Below, in pieces: positions 26,676 through 39,638 of a stretch of 64,000 nucleotides of DNA. This stretch comes from Xylographa opegraphella (taxonomy: Eukaryota). The stretch spans positions 62,001 to 126,000 of the forward strand of contig JALDZX010000058.1 in the NCBI GenBank assembly GCA_022813865.1, read 5' to 3'. A program made the position numbers and the translations under genes. Below the pieces are notes generated by a model. It saw only the letters and a program-made list of their open reading frames with translations. It had not been told where the DNA came from and made no database searches. Numbering within the stretch: position 1 is the stretch's first letter; each line of letters opens with the position of its first letter.

Positions 26676-28755
26676 TCACTTCGCCAAAAACCCTCGGAAT
26701 GCTTTTTGATCAACCGTAACATTTCCGAATGCTACCCAAGTCACGTTAGCTTCGGTGAGATGATGGATGAGGATACGACTTACTTTTGAGCTTTTTCCTC
26801 CCCTCTTTTTGCCTTTCAAGTAGCTTTTTTCGCCTTGACAAATCAGTACCATTGAGCCCGTGTAGCACATTCTTGTGAAAGGGTTTCAACGTTTCTCTGG
26901 CGACGATTCGTTTTCCAGCTGTAGCCTGGATAACTACCTCGAACAGCTGGCGGTCGACGTGATTTTTGAACTTCGTAACCCACTGGCGACCCAAGCGCTC
27001 CGCCTGACTTGTGTGCACCACACGTGAGACAGCATCGACCGGGAACTTGTTGACGAGCAACTGCAATTTGACAATGTTACTCTTCCGGAACTCCGCTTCT
27101 TCGTAGTCAAGACTGGCGTAGCCTTTGGATGCGCCCTTTAGTTTCCCGAAGAAATCGTCCACAAGCTGGGCAAGCGGGAGGTCATATTTCAGGATCACCT
27201 GAGTAGCTGTAAAGAATTGAAGTTCTGTCTGCTCACCCCTGTTTCCTTCACAGAGTTCAATAACCTTTCCCAGGTACTCTTCGGGCATGGTAATAGTGAC
27301 CGAGACGTATGGTTCTTGAAGTTCAGCCACTCGAGCACGGACGATATCGCTGTCGGGAAATTCCGCAGGATTACGGATAATCTCTTCCTTCCCATTCGCC
27401 CAAACTACCTTGAAAGGCACAGTGGGTGGAGTGATAATAATGCTGGCTCCATGTTCTTGGCGGAGACGGTCTTCAAAGACTGAGCAATGTAGTGTTCCAA
27501 GAAATCCAAGTCTCCATCCAGCGCCGAGTGCTTCCGAGGACTCCTTTTGTAAAGTGACGGAGCGATCATTCAAGACGATTTGATTAATGCTGTCTTCAAG
27601 GTGTCCATAATCACCTTGATCAACTGGATAAGCAGCGACAAACACCATGGATTTTGGCTCTTCAAATCCAGGCAGTGCTTCTACCAGTAATTCAGAGCCA
27701 ACCGTTGTATAGGTGTCGCCGACCTTGGCTTCTTGGCTCCGCTTCATACCTGGATTGAAGTAGATATAGCCAAGTTGACCAGCACGTAACGATTTCTGGG
27801 GTGTCTGATCTGGATACATGATGCCAACTTCACCAACGGTATATTTAAGGCCCGTGGCAAACGAGGTGATTTGGTCGCCAGCTTTGATCGTACCATCAAA
27901 GATTCGTACCAGGAGAATCACACCTTTGTAGGTCGAGTACCACGAATCGACCAGAAGTAATCTGAGAGGTTTGGCGGCGTCTCCAGTAGGACTAGCATGA
28001 ACTTAGTAGGTGAGAACTATTGCGATCTGGAGTGCCTACGCTGGTATCTTCTCGATCACGGTAGGCAGCACAGCTTCAACGTTCAGGCCTGTCTTAGCGG
28101 ATACCAATACAGCATTCTCTACATCAAGCTCAAAACTTGTCTTAATTTGTTCGAGAGCACGAACAGCATCTGCTGATGGTAAATCGACCTTGTTGATGAT
28201 TGGTATCAGATGTAATCCTTGGGAAAAGGCGAGGAAAAAGTTCGCGACAGTTTGAGCCTGTACTCCTTGACTAGCATCCACCAGCAGAATCGCACCACCA
28301 CAACTCGCATAACTGCGGGAGACCTCTGCTCGGAAGTCAACATGTCCAGGTGTATCGACCAGGTGAAGCAAATAGTCCTGCCCTTTATACTCGTAAACCA
28401 TGCTGCATGTCTGCGCCTTCACGGTTATACCGCGCTCCCTTTCCACATCAAGTTTATCCAATACCTGTTTCTTGCCTCCAGGCTCAATGGTACCAGTAAG
28501 CTCCAGAAGTCGGTCACTCAAGGTACTCTTCCCATGGTCGACATGAGCAACTATACAGAAGTTGCGGAAGCGATCCAATGGTATTGCCGATATTCTTTTC
28601 TCAAGATCGCTCACACCGACGGTTGAGGCACGGAAAGGCGGAGAGCTTCGAAAGTATCGCAAGGAAGTCGGCAATCGTGTACGTGGACCGAACGGGCTAG
28701 TATATCCTGATGACCATTGACCAGTTTTTAGCAGTGAGCGCAAACATGACTGCAT
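26676..28755 (-). CDS. GUF1: Mitochondrial translation factor GUF1 (EF4/LepA)
   Basis: [48 protein letters not shown]; basic, presequence-like N-terminus; 2 introns. Confidence 0.95.
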
Positions 28756-29061
28756 AGGTAGATTCTGAGCATCCACCCCTTCATTCACTGGATCAATCAG
28801 TGGATTCAGTAAAAATGTTTCCGTCTTCCGAATCGTCTGGGCACCAGCTACCTTAGTCTACCAAGCTTGTATTTCAGTCTAGTCTTGCCTGCTACGGCAG
28901 GCGGTAAGGGTCTTGCGGACAAAACTCAATTTTTAAACCTGAAATCAAAAATCACACTTTCTGAAGGCTGCGTTTATGCAACGCAGGCCTGCTTTTATTT
29001 TTATCCAGGCCTATTATAGCCTTTATGCAGCCTGCTATAATTTATTATAATTTAGTAATGC

Positions 29062-29449
29062 TGTTGGAAATAGCGTTGCCTGGCAGAATCCCCTCTATAT
29101 TGCCTGCAGGCAATATAGACGCTAACCTGCTTCTAGACTAGCGTAGCCGTATATAAGGGAGCTTTCTTCCTTAAGAAGAAAGTAACCTTCTTACGCATCT
29201 TGACAGATAGTTCAATGAAGCACTTGTGACGGCTATGACATCAGTCACAGGTGATAGGGGTCGGGCTGGATCAGGACTAGCACCTTTAGTATATAGCCTC
29301 GCCCATGGAGTAGCCTCACCGCTTCTCCATCTTAATCTGGGTTGAAATCGTCCACCTAAAGCTTACGTTCTAGGCGTGCTTGCGTGGTGAGTTGATGAGC
29401 CATAACAGCACTGGTTCCACCATACTGATTCCACCCATTCATTTCAACT
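29062..29449. mobile_element. Solo LTR (TGTTGG..., about 200 bp net) interrupted by a second solo LTR
   Basis: Termini TGTTGGAAAT / ATTTCAAC(T); 5-bp TSD AATGC at 29057-29061 and 29450-29454; internal TATATAA. Confidence 0.75.
29225..29407. mobile_element. 183-bp solo LTR, copy 1
   Basis: TGTGACGGCT...AGCCATAACA termini; 5-bp TSD GCACT on both sides; near-identical copy at 63669-63851. Confidence 0.92.
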
Positions 29450-29557
29450 AATGCCCTTATATAATCTGCTATAGCCTGTTATTATTTTTATATAATTTAT
29501 TATAGTTTGCTATTGCCCCTAAACAGTTTATTATAGTACGTTGTAATTTACTATTAC

Positions 29558-29619
29558 TGTTACGGCTCGCTATCTCACCAGAAAAGCAGGCCTAGAACCA
29601 CAGCTATAGGTGAGCGATT
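29558..29619. mobile_element. Diverged relative of the 183-bp LTR in opposite orientation, truncated by the gap
   Basis: TGTTACGGCTC..CTCACCA..AAGCAGGCCTAGAAC..AGCTATAGGTG aligns with the reverse complement of the 183-bp LTR end. Confidence 0.65.
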
Positions 29620-29669
29620 NNNNNNNNNNNNNNNNNNNNNNNNNNNNNNNNNNNNNNNNNNNNNNNNNN
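29620..29669. other. Assembly gap (50 N)
   Basis: Run of N. Confidence 1.
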
Positions 29670-29728
29670 CGTCCACCTAAAGCTTACGTTCTAGGCGTGC
29701 TTGCGTGGTGAGTTGATGAGCCATAACA
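29670..29728. mobile_element. Partial third copy of the 183-bp LTR (3' end as written)
   Basis: Identical to 29349-29407 (cgtccacctaaagc...gagccataaca). Confidence 0.85.
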
Positions 29729-31436
29729 ATTTTGACTACAAAGCTCGTGACACGATTTTTAACGCGAGTCGAGTTAATATACTGATTATTAAAATATAAA
29801 TTGCGCACAGGGCGCTTGAACAGGTAAATTGAAACTGTTGCATATTTTATAAATACAACTATTTATAACAAAAACTTTTTTTAAACTTAAATTTTATATT
29901 ATATTTATCGATTAAACTCGCAGAGTCAAGCCCCTCAAAAGTTAAATTCGAAAAAAAATACTAATTGAAGCGGAAATACTGCCTTACTAGCGGTCGAACT
30001 TTTGATTTGAACCCCCCTCATCCTAATAGCAGCTACGCTGCAATCACAGGAGGAATGCTTTCAACAGCAGATACTGAGTAATCCTCGCTACTTAAAACCA
30101 CTTCGCTCCCACCCGGAATGCAGAGTAGAACTCGAATTAAGGTAGCCAAGGTCAGCACGTTTATCCTCGACAATTGGATGCCATAAATGCCTCAAGCTCA
30201 CGTTCAGCAGTCTTCGGAAACACCTTAGTGCTTGATACGCTTTTTCGCGTGCATCACCCGCACATCGTGGTACGGGGAAAGCCTGGATGCACAGACGTAC
30301 TAGATGCAGCCACCGACGAGATCGTTAAGTCGATGCGACCCTGCAATTCATATGGAGAACGAACGACTGGGGCAACCGCGGATTGCGCCATTCGCATGCG
30401 GAGCTTTGCAGAGCTCAGAGTGCACGAGTGGTGGCTTCCATTCCCCACCTAGCAAGATGAGATGAGGGGTAATTAGGGGGACGGCGCGGCGTGTATCGAG
30501 GTACTACCTATTCCGTACGGTGTAAAGCACCTACCTTACCTGAAGGTAACTCGCCAGTGGCCGTACGTGGTCGAGGGTCACCTCCTCGACCGTACCTGGA
30601 GTAGTATAATTTATCGTCGGGCTTGTCCACGATGCCGTTGCAGAACAAGCAGTAGTTCCGCGGACTGCTTACAGCAAACGACCTTTGTTCGACTCGGCTG
30701 CACGTATCATTAAGGATCGCTCGAAAGATCACTCGAAAGATCCCGCCATGTCCGTGTCCGGAGGTGCGTGATGACTAGTACGCCGGATTATTATTATTTA
30801 GTAATAACACCCACGCAAGATTGTGACCATCAGCCGACACGAGTTTCTTCGGGCCACCCATGTCGACACCCAGCAAGATTTTGCCCCACCGCACCCAGCA
30901 GCCGAAACCACGATCCACGGCTTCTACCACCCACTTTGAACTTCCCACTATTGACCATTTTTCATTTCTTCACCACGCAGTCGTCCTTCCTCGCTACCTC
31001 TCCTTCATCCTTGATCCTATCGACTCCTTGACTTCGATCGTGAACCGTTCGCGTTGGTGCTTTGGCATTGCCAACGTGCCGCCACTCCATCCTCCTACAC
31101 TCCGACGATTACCCTTACCATTTCGCTCGAACCTCCCTCTGCGACTTTCGCAGTCTCGCACCACCGCCATGGCTGATTTATCATTATAGCGTCACGGTCC
31201 CTGGGGACGCTCCTCCAAGGAAACCCTCAGAAACAGCCAGTTTAGCATTTCATATTGAAGGCTTTGTTGCTCGAGTTGAAACTTCATCGAATACGGTCAG
31301 CTGTCTAACCAGCCATCTGGGACGCAGCGAGGAAAGCACCCCTCGATTAGTACAGAGTATCGATTGCACAAGCCCGCGATCACAGATTTTATCACTCGGA
31401 AATTCGATTCTGATTCTCCATAACCAGTCGTGTATA

Positions 31437-33776
31437 ATGGCACACCATCAACACAAACACCATGAGCGGCCTTTAATGGCCCAGGTCATTTCCTTCTTCA
31501 CTCGAAATCTCTCTGATGGTGTGACAATAACAGACGAGGACGAATCTGCCTTCGATGATGACGAACCTCCGGATCATTCTTCCATCAGCAAACCTGTCCC
31601 CAGCGAAAGCTACTTCAAGCTCCCATCACTCCCTCCATCTCATACAGAGTCTCTTCTTACACAAGCCCTTCTGACGAATCCTAATTCAAGATCGCCATCA
31701 GTCAACAACATCTGCGCACCCTCACGTGCGCAATCCCTCGCGTCTACACATAGCAATGCCAGCATCGCATCGACCGCGGAACTCACGAGCGATGGAGGTC
31801 TTACAAGTCCTGCAAGGACGAACACACCAAGCCCCCCATTACCAATATCAAGGCTTACCGGTTTGAGCATCACAGCTTCCAACCCTACTGAAAGCAGCCA
31901 CAACGACGAATCTCGGAACCGCACTATCCATTATCCGACACACAACACGGTAGCTACAGTGGAGTCGGCGAACTTTGAGCATTGTTTGGCTCGTAAGAGA
32001 TGCATCACTTTCGCCTGTGGGGGCTTAAGCGTAAAGGCGTTGGAAAAAGTGGAGACACCAAAAATACAGGGAAAGGTCAAAGAAATAGCACCGGTGAAAC
32101 GACCTTGTATGTTACGATTCGCGTGTCCGTCAAAGCCTTCCATGGAAAAGGACAATAAATCTGAAAGGGTCATCATGGCTCAAACAGACAAGACACTTTC
32201 TGCTTCTCCGAACCACGCACTTGCTAGGGCGGACCCAAATCCGGGAGGACATATTCTTCAACCTACCGTCACCGTAAGTACAGAGGGTAACATTGTACAC
32301 TCTACAACGGACTTGAAGACCCAAACGTTCCCTGATGACGAATCTGCCGTCTCCAAAGAAGTAAAATTCAAGGGCATGGGCATTGAAGACGACGCATGGA
32401 TGCATGAAACTCCACGACCGAGGCACAAGATTACTGTTAGTGATACCTTACGAAAAGAAAATGCTATCAGAAAGCTTGGCGAGGAGGCAGAGGAAGAGGC
32501 TCTCGAAGAGGAGGAAGCTGAAGCTGAAGCTGATATAGATGAAGAACCTGAAGATACCGATGACGACGACGATGTCTCGGACGGGGGAAACGAAAGTGAT
32601 GATGAAGAAGGATTTGCAGACTCGGACGATGAAGAGGAGGTTGATCCCGAATACCAGTTCTGGTTACCCAGGACAAGCACCACTGCTACTTCGACGGATC
32701 AGCTTGAGCACATCCGTCCCAAAACTCGGCGTACTGCTTCTCAGTCATCGATAGAGTCCGCGATACAAGCCAATTGCATAAATATATCTAAAGCGGAGGT
32801 GAACGGTAAACATCGCAAAACAATTTGTCGGAGGACAGGGTTGAAGATGCGGCCTGGCACTCCTGAACTTCCGGATAGCACTGATTTTGTCTGTGGTACT
32901 CTAGATGAGGACCGGCCATTAGAAGCCGCATATGTCTCCTGCTTAGAACAACGCAAACTTGCGAAACGTGTTCCACTACCTCAGGATCTAGATCCAAGTT
33001 TCCCAACCTCTGACCCCGAGGATGGTGAAGAGGACTGTGATGATGCTATTCCTAGTGATGACAACATCTGGATCACCGGGTGCCCCGATGAATCCGATGA
33101 CGGTCACGGCCGTAGCAGGGTAGGAATGGGAATGAAGAAAAATACTCGCTCTCCAGCACCCTCGCCAAGACGGCTGCGGTCGCCAGCACCTCCGAAGCGC
33201 TCTGGTGTTCACAGATCACCTCCACCACTTAGACGTTTTCATCTTATCCGTTCCCCTCCATCAAGACAGCTTTTCGGTCATTCGCCACAGCGTATGCTTA
33301 CCCCTGTTCCGCGGTCTCGAAATCCTATTTCTCCTCCTTCGTCACGGCGCCCTTCGTTATCGTCGTCTTCGCGGCAAAGGATAAAAGGAATCAATATGCC
33401 CAGTCTCGCCCAACGGCCAAATCTGACCCACACAAAATCTCTTCCCAGAACACCCAATCCATTCTGGAGCCAGCATCGGAAAATGCGCACTGATCCCAAA
33501 GAGAGGCAAGACACGCACAGCCCACATGATGATGATACTGAACCGAATAACGACACACACAGTCGTGGCCCTATCGACATCGTCCAAGGGCTCGAAAGAA
33601 AACGACAGAAACGTAGGGAAAAGTATTGGCGTCAGGCAAATCGTCACCTGGGCAAAGAAAAAGAGCGCCGATGTCAACCAGGAAAAGGAGCCGAGCGCAT
33701 GCGCGAGCTTGGCCTTGAAGTCGCGGACAGGAATAAAGCTTACGGACAGCGAGCCCAGCTTGTACTATCCATATGA
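31437..33776 (+). CDS. Conserved fungal protein, DUF2457-like (acidic tract, Ser/Pro-rich)
   Basis: Long single ORF with ITVSDTLRKENAIRKLGEEAEEEA, PELPDSTDFVCGTLDEDRPLE and PQDLDPSFPTSDPE. First ATG at 31437; frame open from 31062. Family name from memory. Confidence 0.75.
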   Translation: MAHHQHKHHERPLMAQVISFFTRNLSDGVTITDEDESAFDDDEPPDHSSISKPVPSESYFKLPSLPPSHTESLLTQALLTNPNSRSPSVNNICAPSRAQSLASTHSNASIASTAELTSDGGLTSPARTNTPSPPLPISRLTGLSITASNPTESSHNDESRNRTIHYPTHNTVATVESANFEHCLARKRCITFACGGLSVKALEKVETPKIQGKVKEIAPVKRPCMLRFACPSKPSMEKDNKSERVIMAQTDKTLSASPNHALARADPNPGGHILQPTVTVSTEGNIVHSTTDLKTQTFPDDESAVSKEVKFKGMGIEDDAWMHETPRPRHKITVSDTLRKENAIRKLGEEAEEEALEEEEAEAEADIDEEPEDTDDDDDVSDGGNESDDEEGFADSDDEEEVDPEYQFWLPRTSTTATSTDQLEHIRPKTRRTASQSSIESAIQANCINISKAEVNGKHRKTICRRTGLKMRPGTPELPDSTDFVCGTLDEDRPLEAAYVSCLEQRKLAKRVPLPQDLDPSFPTSDPEDGEEDCDDAIPSDDNIWITGCPDESDDGHGRSRVGMGMKKNTRSPAPSPRRLRSPAPPKRSGVHRSPPPLRRFHLIRSPPSRQLFGHSPQRMLTPVPRSRNPISPPSSRRPSLSSSSRQRIKGINMPSLAQRPNLTHTKSLPRTPNPFWSQHRKMRTDPKERQDTHSPHDDDTEPNNDTHSRGPIDIVQGLERKRQKRREKYWRQANRHLGKEKERRCQPGKGAERMRELGLEVADRNKAYGQRAQLVLSI

Positions 33777-34499
33777 AATAAACAGTTCTATCCTATGTGA
33801 CGTCAATCTATATCCCGGGGATTATGTTTCATAACCTTCACCATCTTGGGTCCGCGCTTTCTGTGGTCATAGTACCCAAAACGTTTGCCTCGAAGGTGCA
33901 CATATTTTACTTCTTGTATCCCTCTTTATCACACTTACACTACGATTCATGACCGGCGTGCATTCCTAGAGGTACTTTTCCCGTCATCGTTTGCGCATCA
34001 TATTTGACAGAGGATACCATCGCGCATAGCAGAGAACATGGGAGGTTCCTTGGTTGAATGACTCAACACTTCAGTAGTGTTCGGAATGGCAGAATTGTAA
34101 ATAACTGCAGATATTGATAAGGACATATTGCTTTATCATTGAACTCATTGGCTACTGTGACTTAGAAACCAACCGAATCCGAGATAGTTGTCGCATCCCT
34201 AACCCAAGAGCAACGTAGTAGCGGGGCGACATGGTGCATTGTACAACTAATGCCGGTGAAATTTTCTGGTAACACATGCAAGTGGTCACGTGAAGAGCCA
34301 CCGGCATAAGGCTTCCCAGTCTCGCCAGTCTCTACTTCGTAGGCTTCGCGAACGGGGAAACGACACTTCTGCACTCGTGCATATACATGCACTGTCATAA
34401 CTCCAGTTCTCAGACTGCTCTCGCTTCCAGAAGCTCTACATCTAGATTTGAATTATTCACCATATACAGCCGTCCGATATTTACCTCAGCTTGTCCAGT

Positions 34500-35544
<1,045 letters not shown>

Positions 35545-36776
35545 TAAACCTAAAACTTTACGTCTGGCGCAAATATTGTTGAGCAGTTCTTAGGGCTTCA
35601 ATGAAAGGGCGAATCAGGCATCGAGTGTTTGATAGCGATTCATGCAAGCGTAGAACACAATTTCTCTACTTCTCTACTTCTCTACGCCAGAGGTACTCGA
35701 TCGTGGTGGGAGAAAAGCGATATGCGAAGAATATGTTGTGCTCACTTTCCATCTCTCCATTGCCCTCAAGAAAAGCCCGGCAACCTAACCCTGTATACTA
35801 CATATTCCTGCCATCTCAAAAACTGCCCCTCAAGGACTACGATGCCCATGACTTCATATCCCACAGTGATCGGGATCTGGCCGCCTTACCGTAACATTCC
35901 CTTCAGGAAATGCCGTAAAGGCTTCTTATATCACCAATTTCCTGTTATTGGCTCGAAAAACTCTCACTTGCGGTGGGGACACCAGCTCTCCCGACCCACG
36001 ATGTTTTCTTCGAGCTACCTAGCACTTTGCCTTACGTGCCTTCCTGGTACAGGATGGAGGACTGGGATTGGGCTAATATGTGTGAGCAAAGCTAACCGAG
36101 CCAGTAAGTAGTATGTATGCTATTGTGTACGATGAGGAAATGACAGGCTATCAATTGCACGGAATGATGCATAGGTGCATATATGTCACTTCAGACATGT
36201 ATTATCATCATTCATGCAAAGTAGACATATATGTGTGTACTGAATGGGCAAAGGTCAGCAGAATTCACTCGATATTAGAGAGATGCAACCCATCAGTACG
36301 ACATCATTTCCGCCTCCCTATATCTACAGCAGTATCTGCAGGGACAGGGTGGCGGAATCTCTTCCATTTTAAACTTGTCAAACAACAACAGCTCACAAGA
36401 TCGACCAACCCTAAACAGCCTCCAGCCCTGCCTCTCAACCAGCGCGTGAGCGAACTCTTCAGATGTAGCAAGTGCTCGATAGCAAACATACGAAGGCCAG
36501 TGCAACAAGAAAAATTGACAAAGGCACAACCACAGCTCGTAACCCAATACAGACAGATACCCTATTCTCCAAGCTCGCATCACGATCGTCGCCTCGAATA
36601 GCCGCCGTTGTAGGAATCGAAACGAATCGACAGGGAGGAGAGGAGAATATATAAGGTGTCGATGTGGAATTGTCGAATTAGGGAGTGTTGCCGCTACGAA
36701 ACGCGGTCGATGTTGGCTGGTAACGATATTATCTGCGCCCGAACCTGCTGCACAAGGAAAGTTTGCGTTGGTACAT

Positions 36777-37980
36777 TTACTTCTTCTTCTGTTTCCTTGG
36801 AGGAGTGACGGGCCTGCCAGTGTTCATGCCACCGTAAACGTACTTTTGTTTTTTCTCTGCTGGTTTCAAAATCTGCAGAACGAGAACCGTAGATTAGCTC
36901 CCGCACTCCCAGAACGATATGAACTGATAAAGCAATCGGCTATCGTACCTGGAACGAACACAACAAACTCTCGTCCACGCTCATCATAGCTCCCGCGTTG
37001 TCAAATTCGCCGCAGTAGTTCGGTGCGCTGAACAGAGTGACGAGCTGTCGTTTTGAAAAAAACTCGTAGCCGTCTTCGACAACTTGGTGGGCTCGGCAGA
37101 TGAGGTCCATGTCATGCTTCTGTAAGAACCGAGACACGACGTCAGGCCCAAACGTGAAGGAGACACCACGGTCATTTTCACTCCAGCCCGTGATGTCCTT
37201 GTCTGGATCTGACCACAGCAGGTCGCAGAGCAAGCCGCAGTCGGGAATCTAACGCAGTCAGCGGATCACCACGCAATTCGCGTTCCAGCTCAAGGGCAAT
37301 ACATAGTTGCCCTTGTTTTGGGAGATGAGCACAACATACATCGGTTGGACGCATCACACGTCGAATCTGCTCCATTGAGTTCAGATCGGGGCTAAGGCCA
37401 CCATGCATAGTAAATATTTTTTCGTCAATAATGGCTGCAATGGGCAAGCAGTTGAAGCAATCAGTGAAGGTTTTCCAGAGCTTGATATTGTACCTTCTCT
37501 TGCACTCATCGTAGAATCCGTAGATACGGTTAATCGAAGCACACTCATGGTTCCCTCGCAGTATGAAGAAATTCTCTGGGTATTTGATTTTGTAGGCAAG
37601 TAGCAGGCAAATAGTCTCTAAGGATTGCTTGCCTCTATCGACATAGTCGCCAAGAAATAGGTAGTTGGCCTCGGGAGGGAATCCTCCGTACTCGAAAAGA
37701 CGGAGAAGATCATAGTACTGCCCATGTATATCTCCACATATCTATGAATCAAAGTGTTTCAGTTAGCGGTCTGACCAATATATAGAATTCCCGCACTGAC
37801 CTTTATTGGCGCTTCAAGTTCCAGCAATATGGGTTGAGAGATAAAGATCTCCCTCGCTTTTGTGCAAAGATAACGAATTTCGGTCTCCAGCAACTGGACT
37901 TGCTTCCCTGGCCTGCTACCCCTCACCTCCAAGAGTCTGTCGATGATGGAGTCCAGGTCCACATCGTTCTGATCTGCCAT
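36777..37980 (-). CDS. GLC7: Ser/Thr protein phosphatase PP1 catalytic subunit (Glc7/BimG)
   Basis: [51 protein letters not shown]; 3 coding introns; unspliced tail [24 protein letters not shown]; possible alternative stop at 36729. Confidence 0.97.
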
Positions 37981-38089
37981 AGCTTACTGCTAAGATCGCC
38001 TTTGTGTATGGGTATGGTCGTTCGCAGTCTAAGCCAGACCCCGGGTCCTTCACGCGGCCGTTGTCACTGCACTGCCTTTTGACCGTCAG

Positions 38090-38210
38090 CTAGGCAAGAG
38101 TGGAAAGTGTTAGCATGGTGCCTACTTGTCAACAAAGATCTTTCCAGTAATGGGAAAAAAAGAGGCGGGTGACAATCGGTCTCAAAAAGAAGACAAGGAA
38201 GCACACCAAC
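38090..38210 (-). other. Probable 5'-UTR intron of PP1
   Basis: GTTGGT donor, GCTAAC branch site, pyrimidine tract and CCTAG acceptor about 110 nt upstream of the ATG. Confidence 0.5.
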
Positions 38211-39638
38211 CTTCGAACTATCAGCTGTTACGAGGAATAGCGAGTTTGCAGCGATGTGCGCGTCGTGAAGCAAAAACGTGGAAAGGTGATAGTGATCCCC
38301 CCGGTTGAGGAATTTCGTCAAATATCCGCCTACTTGAGTCTTACGAGCTTCTTGTACTGCTGTGATTAGGGATAATGATCCTCTCGCAATCTCTTGTGGT
38401 GCTTGGAGCTATTCTTTCGTGAGCATCGAGCTTTTCTGACACAGCGAGCTGTCGGTGCGAAGTTTTGTCAGCGGGACAAGGAGCAAGGTTATGTAGGCTT
38501 TTGCCGGAAAACACGAGTGTACCCACAAAGGGAAGAATGAAGTAGATATCGTTTTCAGTTGTCAATCAGAACTATAGAACCAGAATAATCGACTTGTTTT
38601 GGGCATGTGGATCAACGTGGCCGCGGATAGGACGTGGTGTTGCTGAAACCGAACCAACCTACTTAGCGGATCGGCCGAACAGGTTAAGCCTAATAAAACG
38701 TCTACAGACATGGATGGAAAAGCAAGAAAGCAATGTTCAAGTAATCGTGATGTCGTCCTACCACATTTCAGAACCTTTACGATGCATCACTTCTATTTTC
38801 AGGTATATCATTATTCCCTTTGGAGCGCATGGGTGGCAGTGGTAACTTGAAGCGCTTTCCATTCTCCGATTGCTATCTCAGGGCTTCGCTCGAGCCGACA
38901 ATGGCTCACATGCAGTTCCATCCCTAAACATGTTCGTTGTGAAATCAAATAAAGACGGACCGTGGGGACAGGTAGAAACCTTTACGAGTGGAAAGTTTTT
39001 GCAAACTTTTAGCTATTGCATGTGATTGTGGGAAGGTGGAAACCGCATACTGCCATTGTGATGCTATGCTCACATTCGAGATTGCACACTGAAAGACATG
39101 CATCGTCACTTTAGTTCATTAGTACATGACTAGTCCATGTGATACCAGTTGCTTCAAGGGTTTTATTGGACTTCCATGCACAAATCGATAAACTTGTCCT
39201 TGATAGACTGTGCAGCGCTTACAAATATCATCAATGTATGTAGCAATTGAAAGATCGATTTACAAAACATTGTGCGTAACCACTCGAAAGCCTTGCAGTA
39301 CTCCTTGAAATGCGAATGCCAGATCCCCTATGCATTATAGCTTGCTCAAACGACTGAGATGGTGTATCGCAACAAACGCGGATTGAGGATAACAACCGCT
39401 TAACACCAGAAACTCATGTCTAGACATGCTCACAAAGAGCATGTGAATATCCCCTTGAAGCCCACAGAGCTGCAGACCCTCAAAAACGCCACCGCACTGC
39501 CTGGGTATCATTTTACATGGATTACAGATCGTTACGTGCCACTTGTCCCGCAATCGATAACCTGTGAAATGGGAAGAAATTCTGGCTGAGAGTTTCCTTC
39601 TAGGAATTATTATGCCGTTGGATCGATGGAAAGAAACG

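Larger units (their letters stand above)
28905..30016. repeat. AT-rich degraded repeat island hosting nested solo LTRs
   Basis: Abrupt AT enrichment between GUF1 and the next gene, with degenerate tandem units like gcctgctatagcc. Boundaries approximate. Confidence 0.6.

Noticed and set aside
28905..28930. TAA-GGG.. possible DNA-transposon terminus (similarly TATTCCCTGGGTG near 57287)
   Set aside because: No matching inverted end is visible in the window
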